Shown: positions 19,656-28,402 of the stretch, one piece after another
How the letters are laid out: every line of letters begins with the position of its first letter
Position numbering within the stretch: position 1 is the stretch's first letter
Source of the DNA: a virus
Virus genome (UHGV): UHGV-0367612
Reading direction: 5' to 3' (one strand)
DNA length: 64,000 nt
The notes under the pieces: model-generated
Told to the model about the DNA's origin: nothing
The model's input: only the letters and a program-made list of their open reading frames with translations
Databases searched by the model: none
Translations under genes and position numbers: made by a program

Positions 19656-20326
19656 ATCCTAAACTTTAATCCAACCTCTAATCTTGGTTTTTCGTTAAAC
19701 AATAGAACCTCAGAAGCCCGGAGAAACATGAATGAATTGTTATTAAACCGATAATCTAACTGAAACTCTCCGAATGGCTTTTCCCGTAAAAAATCCAAAC
19801 CGAAAACAAGAAAATAGGAAAGCCTTGGCTCCTGAGGTCTGTATTTTGTTTTCGAATACCCCATAACTCCTGATGCCCAATGATAGTTGTAATCCTGGTA
19901 AAACAGGTTATAGTGTTCCGAATAAACTTGTCCGTTAATTCCAAGAAGAGAAATGTTAAGTGAATCTCTGAATAAACTCATTTCCACTAACTTTGGGTTT
20001 TGGGGATAAAGCTTTAGGAAATTCTCAGAAATCTCTATCTCTTCCTGTAATCCTTGGATGATGAAACTGTAATGAAGGCTGTCCTTCAAAATCCTTAATT
20101 CCAATTCCTTTATTCTGGATGAATCTTCCCGGTAAATCGTTACTCTATCAGGTTTCAGTGTATCTCTGATGATTTTGATTTCAGGATAAGGTTTTGAAAT
20201 GAAGATTGTATCTGTAACCACCTTTACATGGGGATTTGGTGATTCAGATTTGTTGGTTCTGAATCCGAGATAAAAGGTTAAAGCCAGTATCCCAATGATG
20301 GTTATGATTTTGATTGTTGTCTTCAT
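19640..20326 (-). CDS. secreted/outer-membrane-like protein (possible moron)
   Basis: 228 aa. N-terminal signal/TM segment 'TIKIITIIGILALTFYLGF'. C-terminal alternating hydrophobic beta-strand pattern ending in an aromatic-rich motif. 16-nt overlap with the terL start. Confidence 0.35.
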   Translation of the reverse strand: MKTTIKIITIIGILALTFYLGFRTNKSESPNPHVKVVTDTIFISKPYPEIKIIRDTLKPDRVTIYREDSSRIKELELRILKDSLHYSFIIQGLQEEIEISENFLKLYPQNPKLVEMSLFRDSLNISLLGINGQVYSEHYNLFYQDYNYHWASGVMGYSKTKYRPQEPRLSYFLVFGLDFLREKPFGEFQLDYRFNNNSFMFLRASEVLLFNEKPRLEVGLKFRIWRKR

Positions 20327-20480
20327 CCATGTTTCCTGTTTGGTTTCAGTGTATTAGAACCTCGAAAGTAAAATTTTATCAGTTCTAGAAATCAGGGAAA
20401 GGATATCGCGTGTATGCGTATAGACTAGGCTTAGGATTAAGCTTAAAGATAGAGTTAGAGAAAGAGTAAGGTAATAATTT

Positions 20481-20571
20481 TTAGGCTTTAGCCTAAAAAT
20501 ACTTAGGATACGTAGTATCCTAAGTTTATACTCTTTTCTCTTTCTAAAAAGGATATTACGTAGTAATATCC
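20481..20571. promoter_or_regulatory. cluster of three perfect palindromes (operator/terminator candidates)
   Basis: Three palindromes: ttaggctttagcctaa (20481-20496), cttaggatacgtagtatcctaag (20502-20524) and ggatattacgtagtaatatcc (20551-20571). The last two share a TACGTAGTA core. Confidence 0.5.
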
Positions 20572-20592
20572 CAAAAAGGTTTTCTCTTCTCT

Positions 20593-21603
20593 CTAAATAA
20601 ACTTTTTGTGTCTGAAAATCCATTCCAATGATTGTTTTATCCATGTCCCTACTTCATAAGGGGGGCACTTAGCTACTGTAGTACGGCCTTTGTTTATCCA
20701 ATAGTTGATGTTCTCCCTCTCTGCATGGATTATGAATTCATCAGGTATTCCCTGTATCCTAGCTAATTCTCTAGGACTCATCTGATAACCATCGGGATTG
20801 AATTGTCTGTTTGATTTCCTAGCTACTTGAGGATATGAATGCTTCAGGTTTCTGTAAACACCCGGTGCAGAAGAGTATTTACGTTTACTAGCTATGAATC
20901 TCTTTTCATTCGGATGATCTATCCAATACCTTCTTACTTCAGATAATGTCATCTTAAATCCGGCATACATAGTTACTTCAGAATTTATCAACTCAGTGAT
21001 ATGTCCCCAAGGTATAGAATGGTTGTTGGATTTTAATCCTTTTAACAAAATTCCAGTAGTTTTAGGCTTATGTTCTTTAAATTTCGTGATGTGTTTCCAT
21101 ATCAGTTTATGATTAACTGGGAAATCTTTCCTTATACCCATCACTATAAGCCTTATTCTCCCAACTTGAGAATTCCCAAACTTTAACACTGAGCCAGTTA
21201 AGTAATGTAAGTGGTATTCTTCACTAAGCCATTTTATCTCCTTAACAGAATATTTGGCTTTCGGTAAATTCTCCATGAAAAATATACTCGGTTTATAGGT
21301 TTTTATCTGGTCAAAGAACATGGCAAATGAATCATTATCAAGAGGATTAGAGAATTCTTTTGCCCTTGTTAAAGCCATCATTGATGATGATCCACAATCT
21401 GGTGCTCCCACTATCACATCTGGGAAATCAAATACTTCTTCAGGTTTTTTGTAGAATGGTATACCTTCAAAATTCCTATTCCACTGGATATTGTTTTGAG
21501 TATGGAATAAACTCCTACTCTCAATATTTCCAGTAAGGTTGTCTTTCATTGGGTATAACCAAGAACCATTACCCCCACATACTGCTAAAATTTTGTGTTT
21601 CAT
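20593..21603 (-). CDS. DNA (cytosine-5)-methyltransferase family protein
   Basis: Motif I 'LAVCGGNGS', ENV-like 'FFMENLP', motif VIII-like 'SQVGRIRLIVMG', motif IX/X 'SPRELARIQGIPDEF'. The catalytic PC motif is atypical ('GAPDCGSSS'). Confidence 0.6.
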   Translation of the reverse strand: MKHKILAVCGGNGSWLYPMKDNLTGNIESRSLFHTQNNIQWNRNFEGIPFYKKPEEVFDFPDVIVGAPDCGSSSMMALTRAKEFSNPLDNDSFAMFFDQIKTYKPSIFFMENLPKAKYSVKEIKWLSEEYHLHYLTGSVLKFGNSQVGRIRLIVMGIRKDFPVNHKLIWKHITKFKEHKPKTTGILLKGLKSNNHSIPWGHITELINSEVTMYAGFKMTLSEVRRYWIDHPNEKRFIASKRKYSSAPGVYRNLKHSYPQVARKSNRQFNPDGYQMSPRELARIQGIPDEFIIHAERENINYWINKGRTTVAKCPPYEVGTWIKQSLEWIFRHKKFI

Positions 21604-21777
21604 ATTAATTGTTTTTATTTTGCAATAGTTGGTATTGCCAAATCTATCATTTGGATGGGTAAATATTGAATCTAGAAGAAAATTATTGAGTAAAAGCTAA
21701 GTTAATTCATTGGCCCTAAAAAGTTTAAACTAGATAACTCTTTCTATCTTGGTTCTAATAATCCTAAAATCAAACAA

Positions 21778-22173
21778 ATGGAAACACAATTCAAGAATAG
21801 GCAGGATTTAGTGGATTACTTTGAGAATCTCCCAAGGATGTTATACATCGTTATGGGTGATAAACGAGTTACTTTACACTCATATAAATTCGCAAGGTTA
21901 ATCCTTTTCTCTATGGGTGCTGAAATGCACAGAGATGGTAAGTTAGATTTACTTGCATACACCAAATTAACTCGGATGTATTCCCAAGATTTCATTGACA
22001 ATCAAGGTGGAACAAACAGACAAGAATACCAATATGATGACAGTGAGATGGATTTCATTGAAGAAATGGTATCTCTATTCTCACTTGAGATATTGAGAGC
22101 TGGGTTTATATCTGATGTACAATTCAGAATCCTATTATGTAATGAGAATGTGATAGATGTTATACTCCAATGA
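21778..22173 (+). CDS. hypothetical protein
   Basis: 131-aa ORF, first gene of the plus-strand block. Divergent from the MTase gene. Confidence 0.35.
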   Translation: METQFKNRQDLVDYFENLPRMLYIVMGDKRVTLHSYKFARLILFSMGAEMHRDGKLDLLAYTKLTRMYSQDFIDNQGGTNRQEYQYDDSEMDFIEEMVSLFSLEILRAGFISDVQFRILLCNENVIDVILQ

Positions 22174-22718
22174 GAAAATGTAAGGATAAAAGGATGTATG
22201 AACCTCATGTAGAGGTTTTGAAGTATATACTTGATTTAGACCAAGACCCATTTTGTGGTTTTGTTTTACCTGATTGCACAAGGAACAATCTTATAAACCT
22301 TGACAGAGTGAATTACAGTATAACTGGGATAAGGATTATAGATGAGACTTACATGTGGCAGGATATTGAGGTTGATGGTAAGTTACACATAACAAGCCCG
22401 CTTTACATAGAAACTATTACAGAATACAACAAGTATTTAAAACACATATCAAAAGAGATGGCAGTAAATTACGAAATAGGGGATTTAAGACCAGTTGATT
22501 TCAAGGAGGCTAACAGATTATTACAAGGTAGTGATGAGAATATAGAACCCTTGAAAGTTTATAATGATGGTACAATGTCAGTATCCTGTTGGAAGATGAC
22601 ATTAAGAGATATACTTAGGTTATTATTTAATCCTAAGAAAAGATATATTTGGATGGGTATAAAAGCTGGACAATCGCAACCACCAGTATGGTTAACCACC
22701 AGATACCCGTTCAAATAG
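22170..22718 (+). CDS. hypothetical protein
   Basis: 182-aa ORF. 4-nt overlap with the upstream gene. Confidence 0.35.
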   Translation: MRKCKDKRMYEPHVEVLKYILDLDQDPFCGFVLPDCTRNNLINLDRVNYSITGIRIIDETYMWQDIEVDGKLHITSPLYIETITEYNKYLKHISKEMAVNYEIGDLRPVDFKEANRLLQGSDENIEPLKVYNDGTMSVSCWKMTLRDILRLLFNPKKRYIWMGIKAGQSQPPVWLTTRYPFK

Positions 22719-22801
22719 ATATCCATGAGTGTTAGATTTTACCCAGACTTTTACAGGAGTCTGGGTTTTCTTTGCGTGAACTAATTTAAAATAAACAAGT
22801 T

Positions 22802-23242
22802 ATGGAAATTCCAAAGAACCTACAAAAGTATCACAGTTATTTATGTAATAGCCTACAAAGGCTTAAAGATATGAAGTTAAAGCCTAAACAGATGAAAAAA
22901 GAAACTGTGGGTGTAGAGATAAGGTGTTATAAATGTGGTAAATCATTCAAGATGGTTTTCACCATTGCAGAGTGGGCAGCATACCTTGATACTCAAAGAA
23001 AACTGATAGAAGAGAAAGGTATTGTGATGAGTAATCAAGATACAGTGTCTATGTTCAGATACAAGAACATGAGATTCTTGAAACACCTATTCCTTGAATG
23101 TTGTGAATCCTGTTTACAGGAAGAAGAAAGGATTCAGGTAGATGGGTTAATGTCACTTGAGAATAACATCAAATTAATTCTCGGAACCTATGAAAAAGGA
23201 AAAGAAGAATACGAGAGAGCACCCATTACAAGTTTACTGTAA
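22802..23242 (+). CDS. hypothetical Cys-rich protein
   Basis: 146 aa with 'CYKCGKSF' and 'CCESC' pairs, a possible zinc ribbon. Confidence 0.3.
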   Translation: MEIPKNLQKYHSYLCNSLQRLKDMKLKPKQMKKETVGVEIRCYKCGKSFKMVFTIAEWAAYLDTQRKLIEEKGIVMSNQDTVSMFRYKNMRFLKHLFLECCESCLQEEERIQVDGLMSLENNIKLILGTYEKGKEEYERAPITSLL

Positions 23243-23441
23243 AACCTGTGGTAAACTGTTAGTAGAGGTAGAAGCTGATTGGTACCAGTTTAATTGGTAT
23301 TACGCTCCGTTAGAGATAAGACCACCATTAAGAGAACTGTTTCCTGGAATTACTCATGAACAGTTCTTGGGTTTGAAATACAGGAAATGTGAGCAATGCA
23401 GGAAACAAAAGAAACAAAAGAAACAAAGGATTTGCATTTAG
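23190..23441 (+). CDS. hypothetical zinc-ribbon protein
   Basis: 83 aa with CxxC...CxxC ('CKTCGK' ... 'CEQCRK'). The start may be internal because it overlaps the upstream ORF by 53 nt. Confidence 0.25.
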   Translation: MKKEKKNTREHPLQVYCKTCGKLLVEVEADWYQFNWYYAPLEIRPPLRELFPGITHEQFLGLKYRKCEQCRKQKKQKKQRICI

Positions 23442-23485
23442 TAAAACGGGATATTATATTTGCATTATAATTAAATAATAAAAAT

Positions 23486-23743
23486 ATGGTTATTAAGACT
23501 TTACTAAAATTGATTATCCTAATCCCCACTTTAAAAATCTTAAAATGGTGGTACAGGGGATTTAATATGTTTATTTGGGTTGGATGTGGTATCACATTTA
23601 GTTTTGCAAGGGTATCTGGAAATATGGATTTACTAGATAAAGGGTGGTATAAAACATTCACAGAAGTTTTGGGTTTTAGTTTATACATGATACTTCATGT
23701 ATTATGGATATTAGCTATCAGAGAATTAATCATTAAGTTATAA
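23486..23743 (+). CDS. small membrane protein
   Basis: 85 aa with two or three hydrophobic helices. Confidence 0.3.
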   Translation: MVIKTLLKLIILIPTLKILKWWYRGFNMFIWVGCGITFSFARVSGNMDLLDKGWYKTFTEVLGFSLYMILHVLWILAIRELIIKL

Positions 23744-23744
23744 T

Positions 23745-24809
23745 ATGTTACAGTACTTAGAGTTATTAAAGAAAGTCCATGTTTTAGGGACTTATAGAAA
23801 GCCGGCAAGAGAAGGGATGCCTGCTTCTAAGAATTTATTCGGTGAGATGATGGAAATTGATTTACGTGATGGGTTTCCATTATTAACTACTAAAAAGATG
23901 GCTTGGAATGCTATCAGGGTAGAGTTATTATGGTTCTTGAGAGGAATACCAAACCTAAGGTATTTATGGAGATATAATGTACATATCTGGGACCAAGATG
24001 CTTATAGGTTTTACAAGAGAAAATGTGAGACTTATACGAGGACTCCCATATCTACTTACATGAAGACTCCATTATCTTATGAGGGTTGGTTAGAGAGATT
24101 ATGGGTTATGAGAAATGGTTCTTTCTGGGAAAGAAATCAGGACTTTGACAAGATGACCTATATGGGAGCAGTTTACCCAGCTCAATGGAGAGGTACATTT
24201 GTTTTTGGAGGGTCTTCTCATACTGATCAAATCCTATACATGATAGAGAATATCCGAAATAATCCTACGAGTAGATACCATATAGTTGATGCTTGGAATC
24301 CTATGGATATTGACCTGAACAAAAGGACTCCAGTGTTAGCTTTACCACCTTGTCACATGAGCCACCAAATCTTGGTAGATGTGAAGAGTGGTGAGTTTGA
24401 TATGCTCATGTACCAGAGAAGTGCAGATATTTTCTTGGGAGTACCATTTAACATAGCTAGTTATGCTTTACTATGTTACTTCTATAGCATGATGACTGGA
24501 TATCAACCTAGGTATCTCAAAATGATTTTTGGAAGCGTTGATTTATATGAAACTCATTTTGAGCAAGCAAGAGTTCAATTGAACAGAGATCCCAAGTTAT
24601 TACCGAGATTAAAACTATTACCAAATGAGAATGGTGTTATGGATAGAGTGATGGAGTTCAATATGAAGGCTAAGGAGTATTATGATAACCCCACTCATTC
24701 GAAGTTAAATGAAGTGGTCAATACATTACAACCTTCAGACTTTGAGTTAGTGGGATATGACCCACATCCTGCAATAAAAGGGAAACTAGATACTGGGTTA
24801 GGAATCTAA
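23745..24809 (+). CDS. thyA: thymidylate synthase (ThyA) family enzyme
   Basis: Conserved ThyA blocks 'DGFPLLTTKK', 'ELLWFLRG', 'LPPCHMSHQ' (catalytic Cys) and 'YQRSADIFLGVPFNIASYALL' (Asn of the dUMP-specificity position present), plus C-terminal 'GYDPHP'. Carries a ~48-aa insertion in the folate loop and R->Y at the second Arg of the DSRR motif ('TSRYHIV'). Confidence 0.8.
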   Translation: MLQYLELLKKVHVLGTYRKPAREGMPASKNLFGEMMEIDLRDGFPLLTTKKMAWNAIRVELLWFLRGIPNLRYLWRYNVHIWDQDAYRFYKRKCETYTRTPISTYMKTPLSYEGWLERLWVMRNGSFWERNQDFDKMTYMGAVYPAQWRGTFVFGGSSHTDQILYMIENIRNNPTSRYHIVDAWNPMDIDLNKRTPVLALPPCHMSHQILVDVKSGEFDMLMYQRSADIFLGVPFNIASYALLCYFYSMMTGYQPRYLKMIFGSVDLYETHFEQARVQLNRDPKLLPRLKLLPNENGVMDRVMEFNMKAKEYYDNPTHSKLNEVVNTLQPSDFELVGYDPHPAIKGKLDTGLGI

Positions 24810-24870
24810 CATAATATGTTATAGAGGCATTGTTATTTATACTGTATCTAAGTTTTGAATCTAAACAACA

Positions 24871-24906
24871 AAGGGGACCGTCTAGATGACAGACCCCTTC
24901 TTTTTG
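24871..24906. terminator. bidirectional Rho-independent terminator between convergent genes
   Basis: Stem aagggg...cccctt with an inner gtc/gac pair, followed by CTTTTTG. Confidence 0.55.
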
Positions 24907-24909
24907 TGA

Positions 24910-25092
24910 TTACTTATTTACTGGACGGATGTACTTGTCATAGAACATCTTTGCCCACCAACCTATCACTACTCCCGCTGCAAATGATACCAGAGCATTA
25001 ACTGATACCCAGAAAGGAGCACACTTAACGAACACTAAAGCTACGATGATGATAGCTACTACCACCAACCAAAAAATCTGTTTCTTTTTCAT
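24910..25092 (-). CDS. small two-TM membrane protein
   Basis: 60 aa. Sequence 'IFWLVVVAIIIVALVFV' ... 'LVSFAAGVVIGWWA'. Holin-like size and topology, but no lysin is adjacent. Confidence 0.3.
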   Translation of the reverse strand: MKKKQIFWLVVVAIIIVALVFVKCAPFWVSVNALVSFAAGVVIGWWAKMFYDKYIRPVNK

Positions 25093-25105
25093 GATAAGAA
25101 TTTAT

Positions 25106-26452
25106 TTAGTTAACAAATGGATCTTCATTTGAGAATACCTGTACATTACCAATTACCCAACCAACTTGCTCACTTGGTTTTAATATAGTGGCTACATTCA
25201 CATAACTTATGGTTACTTGATTTTTACCATCAACCTGACTTACCTTGTGAACTGGAAAATATAACTGATACTCAGTGTCACTGATTTTAATTACTTGAGA
25301 ACAATTCAAAGTATAAACTTGGCCACTTGAGTTAGCTGTTTTGGGATAAGTTAGAATGGTATTTCTAAGAATTTCTTCTAAAGTATACCCAGCTTGTGTT
25401 AGTGTAGATATCCCACTAATAACTGTACCTCCAGAAGTACCTCTTTGACCAGTTCCAGTTACTGGATTGCCATTTACCATAAATATGGCTTGTATGGTTA
25501 ATTTCCTTGAAAGGAGCATAGCACTACTCAATATTCTCCCTTGGTTTGCTGATAATGGAGCCTGTTTATCGGCTGAACCAAGGTGATCTACCACTATATT
25601 ACCGGTTAAAACTGGGGTATTGTACCTTATTCCTCTCTCGACATACTCTAAACTCTTCTGATTGAAAGTAATGGATAGGTAATATGAAATACTGTTATAA
25701 ACAACAGTCAATACTAATTCACCGGTTTCCCATGCTTGAGGATTATCTTTAAGGTTTGTGATAGTTATATTAACAGGTATATATCCTCGTACATTATCTG
25801 AAGCCTTGATTAGGAATTGTGTTTCCTTCTTATTTAGTTCAGTAATCTCTTGTATAGTCCCAATCCTCTCATTAATAAAGGCAGCCCAAGAAGCTACACT
25901 ATCCTCTACCTCGTCATTGAACAGGTTATATAGGGTATTTGGTAATACATGGACCTCACCACTACCACCCCCTATATCCGATAAGTAGGCTATTTGGTTT
26001 GCCTCTTCTCCAGTTTGACCAGCTTCTTGAACAGTTGGTCGAACTCCCTTAGGAGTGTTCAGGTTAATGGGTAATTCTGAAGTACCGAGATCAACTACAT
26101 CCCACTCATTTACCATGGCAATGTTCACACTACCCAAACCCTCTTTCTTAGCCACTCCTGTGATAAGGTCACCATTCTTCAGTTGAATGGCTAACCTGTT
26201 TGGGTGTTGTTCATCCTTAGCTTCAACATACTTCACCACATCATCAGATGTAGTGGCTATCTTACCAGTATCTTCATATTCACCAGTTTCATTGTTGTAT
26301 ATCCACCAGTTATTATTCTCTCCAATCATTGGAGATTTACCTGGTGCTCCCTTCACTATATTACCCATAGTGATTTGAGCAAATACTCTCTCGTTTGTTA
26401 CAACTGGAAAGATATTTAGCTCTCCATTATAAATTTCTAGCTTACAAATCAT
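25106..26452 (-). CDS. fiber-like structural protein with short collagen-like stretch
   Basis: 448 aa. Contains 'GNIVKGAPGKSPMIGEN' (G-X-Y triplets), is Thr/Gly/Asn-rich, and has a beta-rich C-terminus. Confidence 0.3.
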   Translation of the reverse strand: MICKLEIYNGELNIFPVVTNERVFAQITMGNIVKGAPGKSPMIGENNNWWIYNNETGEYEDTGKIATTSDDVVKYVEAKDEQHPNRLAIQLKNGDLITGVAKKEGLGSVNIAMVNEWDVVDLGTSELPINLNTPKGVRPTVQEAGQTGEEANQIAYLSDIGGGSGEVHVLPNTLYNLFNDEVEDSVASWAAFINERIGTIQEITELNKKETQFLIKASDNVRGYIPVNITITNLKDNPQAWETGELVLTVVYNSISYYLSITFNQKSLEYVERGIRYNTPVLTGNIVVDHLGSADKQAPLSANQGRILSSAMLLSRKLTIQAIFMVNGNPVTGTGQRGTSGGTVISGISTLTQAGYTLEEILRNTILTYPKTANSSGQVYTLNCSQVIKISDTEYQLYFPVHKVSQVDGKNQVTISYVNVATILKPSEQVGWVIGNVQVFSNEDPFVN

Positions 26453-26458
26453 AGCAAA

Positions 26459-26863
26459 TTATATTTTTCCTATTACTGCATATTTTACCTCTAGAATGTT
26501 AGAGAATACACCTATGATTGAAGTCTCAACATTCTCAGCCTCTGATACCGTTACCTGCATCACTTGGATATCATAAACTCCATCCATATCCTTAGTCTCA
26601 TCAGGAGTGAAGTTTATGAGGAGTTTGTTCCCATTCACTCCCATTTTCCCGTATTGAAGGTCTGGGTATTCTGGAATTGGGTCTAAGATTAATGGCATGG
26701 GATTTTGGTATATAGCTACAACTTGTGAACCTTGAGCCACTACAACTCTCATTACCTTGTCTTCTAAAGTGATTGGGGTGAGTCCATCATCCTCATACAT
26801 AGCTAACACTATACCAACCGTCTCACCGGTATAAATGGTATGTTTTTTGTTACAACTGTTCAT
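26459..26863 (-). CDS. hypothetical protein
   Basis: 134-aa ORF upstream of and co-oriented with the fiber-like gene. Confidence 0.3.
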   Translation of the reverse strand: MNSCNKKHTIYTGETVGIVLAMYEDDGLTPITLEDKVMRVVVAQGSQVVAIYQNPMPLILDPIPEYPDLQYGKMGVNGNKLLINFTPDETKDMDGVYDIQVMQVTVSEAENVETSIIGVFSNILEVKYAVIGKI

Positions 26864-26993
26864 GTTCGTTAATATTTTAGTTTATATGATGATACAATAT
26901 GGTCTGGACAACCTACATAGGATAAAATATAGCCCTAGTAATGTTACAAGTGTACTTACTTCCCACTAATACATATAAATTAAAACCAGGATT

Positions 26994-27272
26994 ATGAAGT
27001 CAGTAGAAGAGTATTTCTATTTATACTATGATCTAAAAGATGAGATGATAAGGTTATCCAAAGAGGGTAATGATATAAGGAAAGCTTTTATCACCAAAAT
27101 TTACTGTGTCCCAAAGAATGAGGTTAAGAGTAATTATCAGGACCTGAAGAAAATTGTGAGGACTTTTAAACAAGATGGGTTTTGGGCAAAGGCTTCTAAA
27201 AATAGAAATGGGATTTTAAGGATAGTAGTATTTTTCAAAAAACCAAGTATAATAGTTAGGATATTAATATGA
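26994..27272 (+). CDS. hypothetical protein
   Basis: 92-aa ORF, first of the second plus-strand block. Confidence 0.3.
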   Translation: MKSVEEYFYLYYDLKDEMIRLSKEGNDIRKAFITKIYCVPKNEVKSNYQDLKKIVRTFKQDGFWAKASKNRNGILRIVVFFKKPSIIVRILI

Positions 27273-27664
27273 AAATTAAAGTTTTGATTAGGTACTTAGA
27301 CATTGATAAGAAAGGTAATAAGACTTACACTAAAAAACCCATAAGTAAGTTCTCTGCTAAAGTGATAGTTTTAAAAGGTGGGCCATGGCTTGATAAATTG
27401 ATACTGAAGTTTAACAATCAAGAGGTAATGGCGTTCGAGTATAACGAGCAAACTCTTACCTTCCTAAAGAAGATTACTAGTGAGTACTTTGCAGTAACTA
27501 AAGTGTATAGATGTCCATTTTACAGCTATTATCTAGTAAGTCGTTATTCGAAGGAGATAGTATCAAACTTGAGTGATTTACTGAAGCAATGTCATTACAT
27601 GGATTTAATAACAACAGAAGAATATTGGCAAAACCAAATACCCGTAAAGTTATGGAAAGAATAA
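27269..27664 (+). CDS. hypothetical protein
   Basis: 131-aa ORF, 4-nt overlap with the upstream gene. Confidence 0.3.
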   Translation: MKIKVLIRYLDIDKKGNKTYTKKPISKFSAKVIVLKGGPWLDKLILKFNNQEVMAFEYNEQTLTFLKKITSEYFAVTKVYRCPFYSYYLVSRYSKEIVSNLSDLLKQCHYMDLITTEEYWQNQIPVKLWKE

Positions 27665-28053
27665 GTATAGAAGAAGCTAGGGAGATAACCCAGGTAGCAA
27701 AAACAGAGTATGACAAAAAGGTATCTCAACGAATGAAGGATGAGATACTGTGCCTTACTAATAGTATCATTTACCAAGCTAATGGGGGAAAATATGATAC
27801 TCACAATAGTATACGTTTCAGAGATAAAGATGGTGTTACCCTTGACAAATACTGCATGAAAAGTATAGTGTCCTATTTCAAGGATCAAGGTTATAAGGTA
27901 GAATGGGGTGAAAATAACCAATCAGACAGGTACTGGATAAGGATATCTTGGTACAAATCTCCAAAGATCACCTGGTACCAATGGTTGATTCTTATTGGGA
28001 TACCAGCCATGTTAATTTATGGATTTATTAAATTATTGAGTTATGGGATATAA
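27589..28053 (+). CDS. hypothetical membrane-anchored protein
   Basis: 154 aa with C-terminal TM 'WYQWLILIGIPAMLIYGFIKLL'. The start may be internal. Confidence 0.3.
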   Translation: MSLHGFNNNRRILAKPNTRKVMERISIEEAREITQVAKTEYDKKVSQRMKDEILCLTNSIIYQANGGKYDTHNSIRFRDKDGVTLDKYCMKSIVSYFKDQGYKVEWGENNQSDRYWIRISWYKSPKITWYQWLILIGIPAMLIYGFIKLLSYGI

Positions 28054-28402
28054 TGCAAGAAAAGCCTACAAGGATGTAGTGAAATCTGGGATAAACTCCA
28101 AAAGGGATAAGGATAGGTATATTATGTTACAAGAAATCCTGACCAAGATTGAGGGAAGAGCCAAACAAGGTGAAAGGTCAATTGTGATAGAGGAACCCAT
28201 AAATAGTTGGGATTTTATTTTACCGGTAGTGGAGAAGCTAAGAGAATTGGGATTTACAGTAGACCCAAAATTCTTACAATCCAGAGGTTGGGTATTAGCT
28301 ATCTATTGGAATAACAAACCCAGGAATAAAGGAGAAAACGTGATCATTCTGGGATTGGTTTTATTAGTTTTAACCTGGTTAATTTGGTTGATATGGCTTT
28401 AG
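28043..28402 (+). CDS. hypothetical membrane-anchored protein
   Basis: 119 aa with C-terminal TM 'VIILGLVLLVLTWLIWLIWL'. Confidence 0.3.
   Translation: MGYNARKAYKDVVKSGINSKRDKDRYIMLQEILTKIEGRAKQGERSIVIEEPINSWDFILPVVEKLRELGFTVDPKFLQSRGWVLAIYWNNKPRNKGENVIILGLVLLVLTWLIWLIWL

Noticed and set aside
20354-20644. 96-aa ORF translating to LTLSLTLSLSLILSL low-complexity sequence
   Set aside because: It lies entirely on the palindrome-rich intergenic region and its composition is an artefact of translating AG/CT-repeat DNA. The region is called as a regulatory or terminator cluster instead.
23745-24809. Group I intron in the ThyA-family gene (as in T4 td)
   Set aside because: The extra ~48 residues are in-frame with no stop codons and no obvious P1-P9 structure. 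It is more likely a protein insertion than an intron.
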